Origin: Bryobacterales bacterium
GTDB lineage: Bacteria > Acidobacteriota > Terriglobia > Bryobacterales > UBA6623
Direction of reading: 5' to 3'
DNA length: 64,000 nt
Assembly (NCBI GenBank): GCA_965224215.1
Contig: CBDCYS010000078.1
Location: forward strand, 4,884-68,883
Made by a program: the position numbers and the translations under genes. Below the pieces are notes generated by a model. It searched no databases and was not told the origin of the DNA. It saw only the letters and a program-made list of their open reading frames with translations. The stretch's first letter is position 1. The number at the start of each line of letters is the position of its first letter. Positions 32,928-42,950 of the stretch are shown one piece after another.

Positions 32928-33160
32928 GAAGTGATTGTCCTAGCTTGACTCGAGGGAATCAAGCATCGGGCCAACAGCACCCAAGGGAATCGGCCCGCCA
33001 GGACACGTTCAACCTGGACAGGTAGGGTTAGTCTTGTGGCGGACGAGTCGCAGAATGGTGCGGCCGGGGCGGCGGCGGGGGTACTTTCTCAAACGTAGGG
33101 GGCGGGCCAGTGGGTTTCTCAGGCTGAGCCACGTCTCTGTTTGACTGCTGCACTATCGAT

Positions 33161-33677
33161 TTATTGTCCGCCATCATTCGCCTCGTCCAAGAAAATCGGC
33201 CTCCAAATCTCGGTCGTTCGGCTGTCGCCGGACATTGAACATGCCGCTATGGAGTAGACAGAATCTCCCGACAGATAGAGATACTGGTAAGGCAAGGCCG
33301 TGTATGCGTTCGTGTCCTCATTATACTGCGCTGGCTCTTCGATAACGATATCTCTCTCGTCGCGACTAACGGAAAGCTGCCCCCGAGCCAAGATTCCGGC
33401 ATAGGCGTCCCCACTTTTGAGGGAAACAACAATCCAGCGGCCTTACACTTCCCGGAATTACATGGATCGGAAGCGGCCAGTGAAACAGTTCAGACAGCAG
33501 TGCGTAGAGAACCAGGCCAACAACACTGAACGACAGCCACCTGAGTGGAACTTCCCATTGCTTCGCGCGCAGGTCGAGACCCACGAACGAACGAAATACC
33601 AGATCTCCCAGAAAACCAGGGAGGCCAACGAGCAACAGGATCAACAAAGCTGTAATTGTGGTGGGCACGAGAGTCAT
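33161..33677 (-). pseudogene. Membrane protein remnant (possibly DUF6338-like) with internal deletion/frameshift
   Basis: TM N-terminus (LLILLLVGLPGF) in one frame and RWIVVSLKSGDAYAGIL...DIVIEEPAQY in another, junction near 33445. Codon usage is more AT-rich. Family assignment is from memory and tentative. Confidence 0.5.
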
Positions 33678-33705
33678 TTCTGCGGGGACTCAGCCTCGTA
33701 TGCCA

Positions 33706-35505
33706 CCTGAATTATGCACTGCCGGTGCACCTGGTGAGGGCTGAGCCGCCAGGAACCATTTGGGGACCCCCGAAAACATGGGGTAAAAAGGTAGGCTGGC
33801 AAAGATTTCAGCTTCGCCAGTCAACCCCAAGGAGGTCACCCAAATGGTTACCAAACGAAAACAGCATAGCTCCCGAAGGCCCGTCAAACAAGGCCCCGGC
33901 GCGAGGGCCCCGCGGCCCAATAAAATCGGGGCTGCCACGCCCTATCACTTCCGTGGCAAGAATCTGACTCCCTACGGCGGCTTGCTGCCCGTCGCCACCC
34001 TGCTCGAAAAACTCGGCTTCCAAGCGCTGCTGGAAGAAACCCTCACGACCAAACGGATCACCCGAGCCATGAGCCCCTACCAGTTCGTGCTGGCCCTCGT
34101 GCTCGGCCTCTATGTCGGCTTTGCGCGGCTCAACCAACTCCGCTTCATCGCTCGCGACCCCATCCTGACCGGCATCTTGCAAGTGACGCGTCTGCCGCCG
34201 CAGTCCACGCTGTGGCGCTTTCTGGCCTCGCTGCACCTCAACGTGGCGAAGCAGATCCTTTCCATTCAGCGCCAGCTGCGGGAACGAGTCTGGGCCGCGG
34301 CCCACGTGAAGTTGGAGACGGTGACGCTGGACACCGACACCACCGTGCATACCCTCTACGGCCGCCAGATGGGCGGGCGCAAGAGCTACAACCCCAAGAA
34401 CAAGGGCAAGCGCAGCTACCAGCCGATACTGACCTTCCTGGCCGAGACGCGCGAATACCTGATGGGCGGGTTGCGCAACGGCGACCGGCCCACGGGCCGA
34501 CAGATCGCCGCCCACCTCGAGAGCGCTTTCCGGACTTTGCCGGGCGGCGTGAAGAAAATCCTGGCGCGGGCCGATTCCGGCTTTTATTGCTGGGAGGCGG
34601 TGGAGGCCTATGAAAAGGCGGCTTGTCAGTTCGTCATCGTGGCGCGCAAAACGCGGCGCCTGGTCGAGCGCTTGCAGCAAGCAGAATGGAAACCCTCCCC
34701 CCGCTCCGACGCGGACGCGGAATGCCAATTCCTCTACCAACCGCAAGGCTGGGCGCGGGCCTGCCGTTTCCTGGCGCTGCGTTACGAAAACGAGCCCAAG
34801 GCCGGCGCGGCCGAGCAATACCAGTTGTTCGCCACCAGCGCTTACACCTACCGCGTGTTTGTCACCAATCTGGCCGAGCCGATCGCGGCGGTGGTGTGGT
34901 TTTACAATCAGCGCGCCGGAGCCGAGAACCTGATCAAGGAGGCCAACAACGACGCCGGGCTGGCGGCCCATCCCTCGCGCCGCTTTGACATGAACCGCAA
35001 TCACTTTCAGTTGGCCATGCTGGCCTACAATCTCAACTGCTGGCTGCTGCTGTTCAACCGCGAAGCCCAGGCCAGCGTGGAGACGCTGCGGCACACCACC
35101 CTGGCGACGGCGCGGCTGCGTTTTCTGTTCGTGGCGGCCAAGATCTGGCGGCACGCCGGCAGAACGGGTGTCAGCTACAGCGATCATTATCAGGAAAAGG
35201 GCCTGTTTGAACGGCTGATGCGACGGCTGCGGGCGATGGGGCCGCCGGGATCGAGCTTGGCGCCGGTGGTGGAGGGTGCGCTGAGCTGAGGGGCACTCCA
35301 TGCATAAAATTTCATGCACTCGCCGCAAGGTACTGGGAACACGCCGCTTGCCAGCCCGCTTTTGCCCTGCCGGGATCAGGAGGCGGCTCAAACGGGGAGG
35401 GAAACAGCAGAAAAGACGACTTGAGAAATCACTGAGTTGACACGAGTGCCGCTATCGCCACAACTCCATCGACGATGGCTACGCCGAATCTGTGCATAAT
35501 TCAGG
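33706..35505 (+). mobile_element. IS1380-family insertion sequence, copy 1 (1800 bp)
   Basis: TIR CCTGAATTATGCAC; 5-bp TSD TGCCA (33701-33705, 35506-35510). Confidence 0.92.
33844..35289 (+). CDS. IS1380-family transposase
   Basis: LTPYGGL, TLDTDTT, SYQPIL, ARADSGF, FYNQRAGAENLIKE, MLAYNL. Confidence 0.92.
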   Translation: MVTKRKQHSSRRPVKQGPGARAPRPNKIGAATPYHFRGKNLTPYGGLLPVATLLEKLGFQALLEETLTTKRITRAMSPYQFVLALVLGLYVGFARLNQLRFIARDPILTGILQVTRLPPQSTLWRFLASLHLNVAKQILSIQRQLRERVWAAAHVKLETVTLDTDTTVHTLYGRQMGGRKSYNPKNKGKRSYQPILTFLAETREYLMGGLRNGDRPTGRQIAAHLESAFRTLPGGVKKILARADSGFYCWEAVEAYEKAACQFVIVARKTRRLVERLQQAEWKPSPRSDADAECQFLYQPQGWARACRFLALRYENEPKAGAAEQYQLFATSAYTYRVFVTNLAEPIAAVVWFYNQRAGAENLIKEANNDAGLAAHPSRRFDMNRNHFQLAMLAYNLNCWLLLFNREAQASVETLRHTTLATARLRFLFVAAKIWRHAGRTGVSYSDHYQEKGLFERLMRRLRAMGPPGSSLAPVVEGALS

Positions 35506-35710
35506 TGCCAATGAACTTTCCGCAATCCGGACTGTTGAGAAAAGCCAGGGAGTTTTTGGTATTATATCGCGGCCGAGCGGGCTTTTTGTGCCGGCGAATG
35601 TTTTACAGTCACACCTTGGTGCTAAACGTAGGGAGTTGAGTCAGTCAAGCCTCCTGAACAGCTGTCATTCGTAGGACGACCCGTGCTTGGAGAGCCTTGC
35701 TCCGGTCACC

Positions 35711-37069
35711 TCAATCCGCCTTCCCGCCCTTTTCGACAATGCAATACAAATGCTCTTCGGTGCGAATGAAAATCTGATTGCCCGCAACCGCTGGCGAGGC
35801 TAGCGTATAACTATTCAACTTATTCACACCAAGAATCTCGAACTTATCTCCTGCCCGAAACACCGTCGTGGTCCCGTCCTCGCTCGTCGCGTAGATCTTG
35901 CCGTCGGCCAGCACCGGCGAAGCGCTGTAGGTGCCCGGTTCGAGTCGGCTGCGGTCCCAGATCGTCTCTCCGTCTTTGACCCGCAGGCACAAAGCGATCC
36001 CCCTGTCATCAACGATGTAGAGCCTTTCACCGTCGGTCGTTGGCGTGGGGACGTCGGGCCCGTAGTCAGTGGACCAGAGCCGGTGCGATTGAGTCACGTC
36101 TCCTTCGCCGCCCGCCCGAAACGCGATAAAAGGTTTGCGGCGGCTTGGCGCGAAGATGATATCTCCGCAAATCAGTGCCGAAGCGATCGTGCGGTTGCTC
36201 CCGGACCGGCTCGGATTCAGTCCGCCGCCCCTCCAAAGCTCCTTGCCGTTCGCCAGGTCATGGCCAGTCAAATAGTCGCCTCCCGTGATGATCAGTTGCA
36301 GCTTTCCGTCTACATCCGAGAGCATCGGTGTCGAGTAGGCGTCAGGCGATTCTCTGGGGGCGTCGGTCGGCCTCTCCACCTTCCACAGCGTCTTGCCCGT
36401 TGAGGCATCGGCCGCCAGGACGTAGGAGGGCTCATCGGTCTTCATGCCGTGCAGCACCTGAATGTAAAGCCTCCCCTCGTGCAGCAGCGGCGAAGAAGCG
36501 TAGCCCCAGTTGAGCCCGAACTCTCCGTAGTCTTGCTGTAGATCCCGCCTCCAGATCTGTTCCCCGCTGAAATCGAAACAGCTCAGCGTGCCGACACCCG
36601 TCATGATCCACACATGCTGGCCATCGGTCACCGGCGAAGGAGAAGCCATATTCTGCTTGAACAGAATCTTGTTGCCCTCGCCAATCGACTGTCGCCAGCG
36701 GATCGAGCCGTCTTTGCGGTTGAGCGCCACCAGAAGCAGCTCGTCGGCAAAGTTCAGAGCAGATGCGATACGGCCCAGCGCGGCGCCCACAAAACCCCTG
36801 CCCTTGGGATTGGTGAAACCCTCTTCCGCTGAAGTGACGAAGATCGTGTCTTCCCAAACGACCGGGCTCGCGGCGCTCCAGCTAGGTAGTTCCGTGCGCC
36901 AGGCAACGTTTCGCGATTCACTCCAGCGGACAGCCAAGCCCGCCGCCTTCTCGCTGGTTCCGTTCAAGTGAGGACCGCGCCACTGCGGCCAGTTGTCAGC
37001 CACATCGGCGCCACGGGAAAGTCCGATAAGCAAGAACGCGGCTAAGAGCAGGGGTGGTGCGGTTCGCAT
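35711..37069 (-). CDS. PQQ-binding-like beta-propeller repeat protein
   Basis: Signal peptide, NWPQWRGP, WGYASSP, YSTP, YSASPVLADGKIY, ASPAVAGNQIFIRT. Confidence 0.9.
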   Translation of the reverse strand: MRTAPPLLLAAFLLIGLSRGADVADNWPQWRGPHLNGTSEKAAGLAVRWSESRNVAWRTELPSWSAASPVVWEDTIFVTSAEEGFTNPKGRGFVGAALGRIASALNFADELLLVALNRKDGSIRWRQSIGEGNKILFKQNMASPSPVTDGQHVWIMTGVGTLSCFDFSGEQIWRRDLQQDYGEFGLNWGYASSPLLHEGRLYIQVLHGMKTDEPSYVLAADASTGKTLWKVERPTDAPRESPDAYSTPMLSDVDGKLQLIITGGDYLTGHDLANGKELWRGGGLNPSRSGSNRTIASALICGDIIFAPSRRKPFIAFRAGGEGDVTQSHRLWSTDYGPDVPTPTTDGERLYIVDDRGIALCLRVKDGETIWDRSRLEPGTYSASPVLADGKIYATSEDGTTTVFRAGDKFEILGVNKLNSYTLASPAVAGNQIFIRTEEHLYCIVEKGGKAD

Positions 37070-37875
37070 CGTGACATCACCTCCGAAGACTGTGATTTGT
37101 CGATATGATCCTTGGGGCCACCGTATTTGTGGTCCTCATATTTGTGGCCATGATAGCAGAGGCAGTTGGGATCCGATGCGCCTGAAACCGCGAAGGACTC
37201 CCTGGTGTATCCGGGGCGGCTTGACACGTGCCCTACAATGAATACAGAGGATCGGTGAGGGGGTCCACCGGAAGACAAGACGGTCGCCTGGTCCTGAACT
37301 CGGTCGACGAGTATCGGCGTTTCGACAGCCGATAACGATGGCCGAGGGATAGAGATTGAGGGGAGCTCACAACAAATTGCCTGCGATGTGTCAATTCTCC
37401 GAATCGTCTTGCCCACAGAGGCGGCGAGATAGGGCAACAAAAGGCGAATACATTTTGTGAGATCCGCTCAAATCTGCTCAAATCCGCTCAAATCCGCTGA
37501 CTCGGCGAAAGTGTCGCTGCGAGCGTGCGCTTCCTAGGTCAAGAACGAGAACTCGGCCATATTATTCTCGTCAGTTGAGCTGATGCCTTTCCAATCAGAA
37601 CGGACAACGATGAGCACCGACAATGAAGATCGCTGCCTGCACCACATATTACGTACCCGGGTGCGCCACACCCGCCGGACCCAGATCCGTCCGTAAGGAC
37701 TTTGGTTGCCTCCGAAAACGTTTTGAATACCCGTAGCGCAGGGCTCGTAAGAGACCTGCGGCTTTTCGGAGTTGGAGCTCAGGCGACTCAACATGGAGCT
37801 CAGGCGACTCAACAATGAGGTGCTACATTGAAAGATGGACACGACTTCGCGTCCAATCCAGGAGAAAGGTTCCCT

Positions 37876-38652
37876 TTGTCAAACAACCAGCATCCTTCAC
37901 GCAAGCCCGTTATGGCCGGCAACTGGAAAATGTTCAAGACGGTGGCCGAGACCCGCGATTTCATTGAGAAGCTCAAGTCTTTCGTGGCGGAGGCGCCACA
38001 CTGCGAGATCGTGATCGCACCACCTTATCCTGGGCTAGCGGCGGCAGCGGAGGCGGCCCAAGGCAGCAATATCCAGATCGGCGCTCAGAATATGCACTGG
38101 GAAGAAAAGGGTGCATTTACCGGCGAGGTTAGCGGCCCCATGATTGTCGCCGCCGGCTGTTCCCACGTCATCCTTGGGCATAGTGAGCGGAGGCAGTATT
38201 TCGGGGAAACCGATGAAACGGTGAACCGGCGACTCCTCGCCGCCCTCTCGGCCGGGCTCACTCCGATCGTTTGCTTCGGGGAAACACTTGAGCAACGAGA
38301 GTCTGATCAGACCGAAAAAGTTCTCACGAGGCAGTTTGACGGGGCGATGGCTTCATTGACCGCCGATCAGTTCTCCCGTATAATCGTAGCGTACGAACCG
38401 GTTTGGGCCATAGGAACAGGCCGTACCGCAACGCCTGACATGGCCGCCGGGGCTCACCATCTTCTCAGGGACAGGGCGGCTGAACAGTTTGGACCGGAGG
38501 CAGCCGAGGGCCTGCGCATCCTTTACGGCGGCAGCGTCAAGCCCGCCAACGTAGAGGGTTTGATGGCACGACCGCAGATTGACGGGGCTTTGGTTGGCGG
38601 GGCTAGCTTGGAGCCCGAATCAATGGCCGCGCTTGTAAACTATCCGAGATAG
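37876..38652 (+). CDS. tpiA: Triosephosphate isomerase
   Basis: RKPVMAGNWKM, GAFTGE, GHSERR, AYEPVWAIGTG, LYGGSV, GALVGGASL. Start codon uncertain. Confidence 0.97.
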   Translation: MSNNQHPSRKPVMAGNWKMFKTVAETRDFIEKLKSFVAEAPHCEIVIAPPYPGLAAAAEAAQGSNIQIGAQNMHWEEKGAFTGEVSGPMIVAAGCSHVILGHSERRQYFGETDETVNRRLLAALSAGLTPIVCFGETLEQRESDQTEKVLTRQFDGAMASLTADQFSRIIVAYEPVWAIGTGRTATPDMAAGAHHLLRDRAAEQFGPEAAEGLRILYGGSVKPANVEGLMARPQIDGALVGGASLEPESMAALVNYPR

Positions 38653-38724
38653 TTTGGAAACCCACGGCCGGGCCCGCTCATCGCCGCCAGCAAAACGCCG
38701 CCAGGAAAACGCCGCCAGGAAAAC

Positions 38725-39153
38725 ATGGAAATCCTACTGACCAGCATCTATGTCATCGTCTCGCTTTTCTTGATCATCGTCGTGCTGCTGCAAAGCGGCA
38801 AGGCGGCCGATCTCGCCGGCGCTTTCGGCGGCATGGGTTCGCAAACCGCATTTGGTCCTCGCGGGTCCGCCACTCTGTTATCAAAGGCGACAACTCTCGC
38901 CGCCGTACTGTTCATGCTCCTGTCGATCACTTTGGGGATCGTGAAGTCACGGGACCGTGGAGTAGGCGAGTCCGTCATCGAGCGCACAGGGACAGCCGGC
39001 GAGCCCGCCACCCCGGGAGCCCAAACTCTGGAGCCGGGGACGACCACCATACCGCTCGACATTCCTCCACCCCCTCAATCGGGGTCTCAGCCCGCTGCGG
39101 GAACCGAGCCCGAGGCCGGAACCGAAGGCAGCGGTACCGCCGAGCCCCAGTAG
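38725..39153 (+). CDS. secG: Preprotein translocase subunit SecG
   Basis: [17 protein letters not shown]...[15 protein letters not shown]; follows tpiA. Confidence 0.95.
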   Translation: MEILLTSIYVIVSLFLIIVVLLQSGKAADLAGAFGGMGSQTAFGPRGSATLLSKATTLAAVLFMLLSITLGIVKSRDRGVGESVIERTGTAGEPATPGAQTLEPGTTTIPLDIPPPPQSGSQPAAGTEPEAGTEGSGTAEPQ

Positions 39154-39308
39154 GCTTAGAGCCTCCAGACCAGCCGTTCAGCCGGGAAGCGCTGTAGGAT
39201 CGTCGCCCATAATGCAGCGAGCCGAAACCGTGGGTGCGAAAACGACAAGTGTAAGCCGCCCGGACGGGGGTAGTGGGAGCAGCGGTTGGTCAACGTCTAG
39301 ATCGGGAC

Positions 39309-39755
39309 TTAGAGGGATCTTTCCGCTAGCTCCCCGAAAACAGGAAGCGAGTGCTTCTCTCCCTTGGTCGTCTTGACAAGCATGAAGATCCACAGTCCCA
39401 GAATCAGCAGTTGGACCACCGTATCGAGCGGGACGTCGGGGCCTGGCATCATCTGAACCCAGAGTCCCAGAGTCCAGTCGGCCAGCAGCCACGCAACGAA
39501 TAGATAAAGTCCCTGATAGGCGTGAAAACGAGAGTCTTGTTCCTGGCGAAACGTATCTGACGCTAGGACATAAAGGCCGGCGATCCAGCCGAACCAAGGC
39601 ACGTAACAAAGGATCGAGGCGGTCCTCGGACTCAGCGCCGGTCCGCTCCGTGCTGGCCCTCGGCTCGGCCCGGAAACCGGCTGCCGATAGCCGCAGAGAC
39701 CGCAGAACTGGTCGGCGTCTCGAACGTCCTTCCCGCAACTGGTACAAAACGGCAC
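39309..39755 (-). CDS. Zinc-ribbon plus DUF4870-like membrane protein
   Basis: N-terminal CTSC...CGLC; RFHAYQG; LPVFGELAE. Confidence 0.75.
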   Translation of the reverse strand: MPFCTSCGKDVRDADQFCGLCGYRQPVSGPSRGPARSGPALSPRTASILCYVPWFGWIAGLYVLASDTFRQEQDSRFHAYQGLYLFVAWLLADWTLGLWVQMMPGPDVPLDTVVQLLILGLWIFMLVKTTKGEKHSLPVFGELAERSL

Positions 39756-39989
39756 GGATGTAGTTCCTGTTCGCCCTTAGGTTTCGCTAACGCGCAGAGG
39801 GCGACCGACCGGCACGATCGGCCCGTGTAGCGGGGACCTTCGTCCCTATCTTAACCGGTGATCAGAGCACGCCTGGCACTTCGCTTGATCAACCCTCTAT
39901 CTGGAAATACGAGTTCCCAGGCCCATAGTTCCGTCGCAAGAATTGGCCGCCAGGTCGCTACAAGCCTAGATCTTTGAGATGCCCGATTC

Positions 39990-40415
39990 TTAGCCTGAAA
40001 GACCTAACGGGAAAAACTTGCGATACAGCTCAGGCAGTCGCACCGGTTTGCCCTCTAGGTCACAGACCACATGAAGGGTCTCGCCGGTCACCAGCAACTG
40101 ATCGTCCTGGTCGTCGGAAACCCGGTGCATTTCGTAAGCAAAGCGGACCGTCCGTGAACGGGCTTCCGTCAGCCACGTTTGGACCCGGACCTGGTCGTCA
40201 AACCGCGCCGGCGCACGATAGCGGCACTTCGCCTCGGTTACTGTCAGCATGACGCCACCCTCAAGTTCCATGTCCCGGTATTCGAATCCGGTTTCACGAC
40301 AGTAGGCGACACGCCCCACCTCCATCCACACGAAATAGTTCGCGTAGTAGACAATCCCCATCCGGTCGGTTTCCGCATAGCGAACCCTAAGCCGTGTTTC
40401 CACTTTGTGCATCAA
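39990..40415 (-). CDS. Acyl-CoA thioesterase (YbgC/FadM hot-dog family)
   Basis: VRYAETDRMGIVYYANY...EVGR. Confidence 0.9.
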   Translation of the reverse strand: MMHKVETRLRVRYAETDRMGIVYYANYFVWMEVGRVAYCRETGFEYRDMELEGGVMLTVTEAKCRYRAPARFDDQVRVQTWLTEARSRTVRFAYEMHRVSDDQDDQLLVTGETLHVVCDLEGKPVRLPELYRKFFPLGLSG

Positions 40416-40654
40416 GACAAGTATAGGGGCCGTCGGAGATCACGCCGGGAAACGCTCCCGTTCCACCCGTTTCTCATCGCGTGCTTCGCACTTGAGGCGA
40501 CGGGGAATGCAGAGGGGAGGCGCCCAGGTTGCCTGAAAAAGGGCTTTCGGAACTCCCGTGGCCCATGGGGCCCGAACCAACCTGTGGTCTTCTGTTGGGC
40601 CGAACTCGACTGGTGAACGCGGGATTTAAAACGCAGGTCTCGCTACTTCCTAGG

Positions 40655-41092
40655 TTACGGGGTCTTTGAGGCCGCGCCTTCAAGACTCTTGCGAACCGCG
40701 TCGAGAATGCCGTTCAGGAAGGGCCCGGACTCGTCGGTGGAAAAGCGGCGGCCGACTTCTACTGCTTCGTTGATAATTACCGCCGGAGCTTCTTTTTCAT
40801 CCAGCAGCTCTGAAACGGCCATTCGCAGGATGTTGCGGTCGACTGCTGCCATCCGCTCCAGCCTCCAATTGGCGGCATGCTCGCGGATGAGGTCATCTAT
40901 TCGGGCAACCCGGGAAGTCACCCGCTCGAAGAGCCGTTCGGCGAACGCATCGTCGCCGGGACTTTTTTTTGAAGTCTCAGCGGCGAGGGTTTTCCAATAA
41001 GCCTCGCGCCCATCACCAGCAGGCTCGCGGTTGAGCTCCCACTGATAGATCATCTGCAGGGCCCGCTCGCGGGAGCGGTGTCGAGAAGCCAC
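40655..41092 (-). CDS. nusB: Transcription antitermination factor NusB
   Basis: SRERALQMIYQ, WRLERMAAVDRNILR, FLNGILD; adjacent to ribH. Confidence 0.95.
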   Translation of the reverse strand: MASRHRSRERALQMIYQWELNREPAGDGREAYWKTLAAETSKKSPGDDAFAERLFERVTSRVARIDDLIREHAANWRLERMAAVDRNILRMAVSELLDEKEAPAVIINEAVEVGRRFSTDESGPFLNGILDAVRKSLEGAASKTP

Positions 41093-41093
41093 G

Positions 41094-41600
41094 TTAGTTT
41101 CCGCTTCCGTCGCTGGTACGAAGTTCTTTCATGAGATTAGCCATTTCAATTGCAGTCATCGCCGCATCGAAACCCTTGTTGCCGCCCTTAGCACCGGCGC
41201 GGTCGATCGCCTGCTCCAGCGTGTTGCAAGTGAGAACTCCGAAGATCGTCGGAACGCCCGTTTTCAGCCCCGCTTGAGCGATTCCTTTGGACGTCTCGGC
41301 GGCAACGTAGTCGAAGTGCGGCGTGTCGCCCCGAATGACGGCCCCAAGACAAATCACAGCGTCATAGCTCCCGCTCTGACCCAATTCGAGCGCTGATACG
41401 GCAATCTCCAGCGAACCAGGAACCCGCACGACATCGACCGCCTCGGCACCACCGCCTACGCGCTCCAAGGCATCGAGCGCACCGCCCAGCAAGCGGTCGG
41501 TGATGAAGCTGTTGAAGCGGCTCACCACCACGGCGAACCGGAGTCCCTGGCCGCTCAATGCGCCTTCAACCGACTGAAATCTTTCTTCTTGCTTTTTCAT
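41094..41600 (-). CDS. ribH: 6,7-dimethyl-8-ribityllumazine synthase
   Basis: [41 protein letters not shown]. Confidence 0.97.
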   Translation of the reverse strand: MKKQEERFQSVEGALSGQGLRFAVVVSRFNSFITDRLLGGALDALERVGGGAEAVDVVRVPGSLEIAVSALELGQSGSYDAVICLGAVIRGDTPHFDYVAAETSKGIAQAGLKTGVPTIFGVLTCNTLEQAIDRAGAKGGNKGFDAAMTAIEMANLMKELRTSDGSGN

Positions 41601-41604
41601 GATT

Positions 41605-42387
41605 TCAGCGGCCTTTGAACTCAGCCTTGCGTTTTTCGAGAAACGCGCGCGTGCCTTCTCGAATGTCCTCTGTAGCGCAACTCAGTCCGAACTGAGAGGC
41701 TTCAAAAGTCAAAGCGGCCGCCAGCGACATTTCCATTCCCTGGTTGATCGCTTGCAGACACAGGGCGACGGCAACCGAACCGTTCTCTAATATTCTAGTG
41801 GCAATCCGGCGGGCGGTAGGAATCAGTTCCTGCAGGGGTACGACGTGATTCACAAGCCCGATGCGGCTCGCCTCCTCGGCAGTGACGGGATCGCCCGTCA
41901 GGATCATCTCCAGCGCACGGCCTTTGCCCACCAGCCGTGGCAGCCGCTGCGTGCCGCCGTAGCCGGGGACGATGCCGAGCTTCACTTCGGGCTGGCCAAG
42001 CTTGGCGTTCGCCGAGGCGATACGGATATGGCACGACATTGCCAGCTCCAGTCCGCCGCCCAGCGCATATCCGTTGACCGCCGCAATGACGGGTTTCGTC
42101 AAGTCTTCGATCCTGGAGAAGACTTGCTGGCCGCGCAAGCCCCACTTCTGGCCACCCAGCGCCGAGAGCTCGGCGAGTTGGTTGATATCCGCTCCGGCAA
42201 CGAAAGCCTTCTCTCCGGCTCCGGTCAAGATGACAGCTTTCACACCCGAGTCGGCCGCGATGTCAGCGAAGCAGGCGTCGAGAGCATCAACGGTTTCGAT
42301 GTTCAGGGGATTGAGTTTCTCGGGACGATTGACGGTGATGAGGGCAATCGAGTCTTCGACATCGTAGAGGAGATTGGTATAGGTCAT
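41605..42387 (-). CDS. Enoyl-CoA hydratase/crotonase
   Basis: [47 protein letters not shown]. Confidence 0.92.
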   Translation of the reverse strand: MTYTNLLYDVEDSIALITVNRPEKLNPLNIETVDALDACFADIAADSGVKAVILTGAGEKAFVAGADINQLAELSALGGQKWGLRGQQVFSRIEDLTKPVIAAVNGYALGGGLELAMSCHIRIASANAKLGQPEVKLGIVPGYGGTQRLPRLVGKGRALEMILTGDPVTAEEASRIGLVNHVVPLQELIPTARRIATRILENGSVAVALCLQAINQGMEMSLAAALTFEASQFGLSCATEDIREGTRAFLEKRKAEFKGR

Positions 42388-42568
42388 CGCCCCTCTTTAG
42401 TAACAGACGCGCGGATAGTTGTCCACCGGGGTTGCGGATAGCAGAGAGGCAATGGGCTTGGACGTTTCGCCGCCGCCGCCAGAAATCCATGGAAGCTGGC
42501 CCCCGCAACTCAAGGGATTTCCGATTGGAGCATGATCCAATGGTCATGGGCCTCAAAAGAGCACGCTG

Positions 42569-42598
42569 TTGGCGCGAAAACCAGTTTTGCACTACACT
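42569..42598 (+). promoter_or_regulatory. Possible sigma70 promoter of tRNA-Pro
   Basis: TTGGCG-18 nt-TACACT ending 10 nt before the tRNA. Confidence 0.3.
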
Positions 42599-42608
42599 TG
42601 AAAGTGAT

Positions 42609-42686
42609 CGGGCCGTAGCGCAGCCTGGCTAGCGCGCTTCCTTGGGGTGGAAGAGGTCCCGAGTTCAAATCTCGGCGGCCCGACCA
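42609..42686 (+). tRNA. tRNA-Pro(GGG)
   Basis: CGGGCCG acceptor stem, anticodon arm CTTCC-TTGGGGT-GGAAG, GTTCAAAT T-loop, encoded CCA. Confidence 0.95.
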
Positions 42687-42950
42687 ATTATCACGGTTAC
42701 TAACGCTCCGCTCGACTTACCGGGTCGGCGCTTTACCGCCCAAATTGGCGGTCGCGTCGGCTCCTGCCGACCCAAGATCCCTAAGCCTGAAACGCCTAGG
42801 GCAGTTGCTTAGCCATTCCACTCCAACGCCCGCCCGCACCGCCCGATCACTGCAAGGGTCCGTGCGGCCGTGTCAGGTGAAGGCGAGGGCCTCAGGTTTG
42901 TTCTGCCGAGAAAAGCGGCCGAGTCTCAGGGTTTCAGTAAAATCAGGTCG

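Noticed and set aside
33808-35391. Long antisense ORFs over transposases and other genes (e.g. 33808..35391, 9169..10080, 49538..50884, 61636..62883, 16791..17591)
   Set aside because: Shadow ORFs expected in GC-rich coding DNA; no motifs, and the opposite strand carries recognisable proteins.
37534-37842. 102-aa ORF upstream of tpiA on the minus strand
   Set aside because: Its start lies in a tandem duplication, there is no RBS or recognisable motif, and it overlaps the probable tpiA promoter region.
42609-42950. Integrative element at tRNA-Pro
   Set aside because: No integrase and no duplicated tRNA 3' end in the window; flanking genes look chromosomal.
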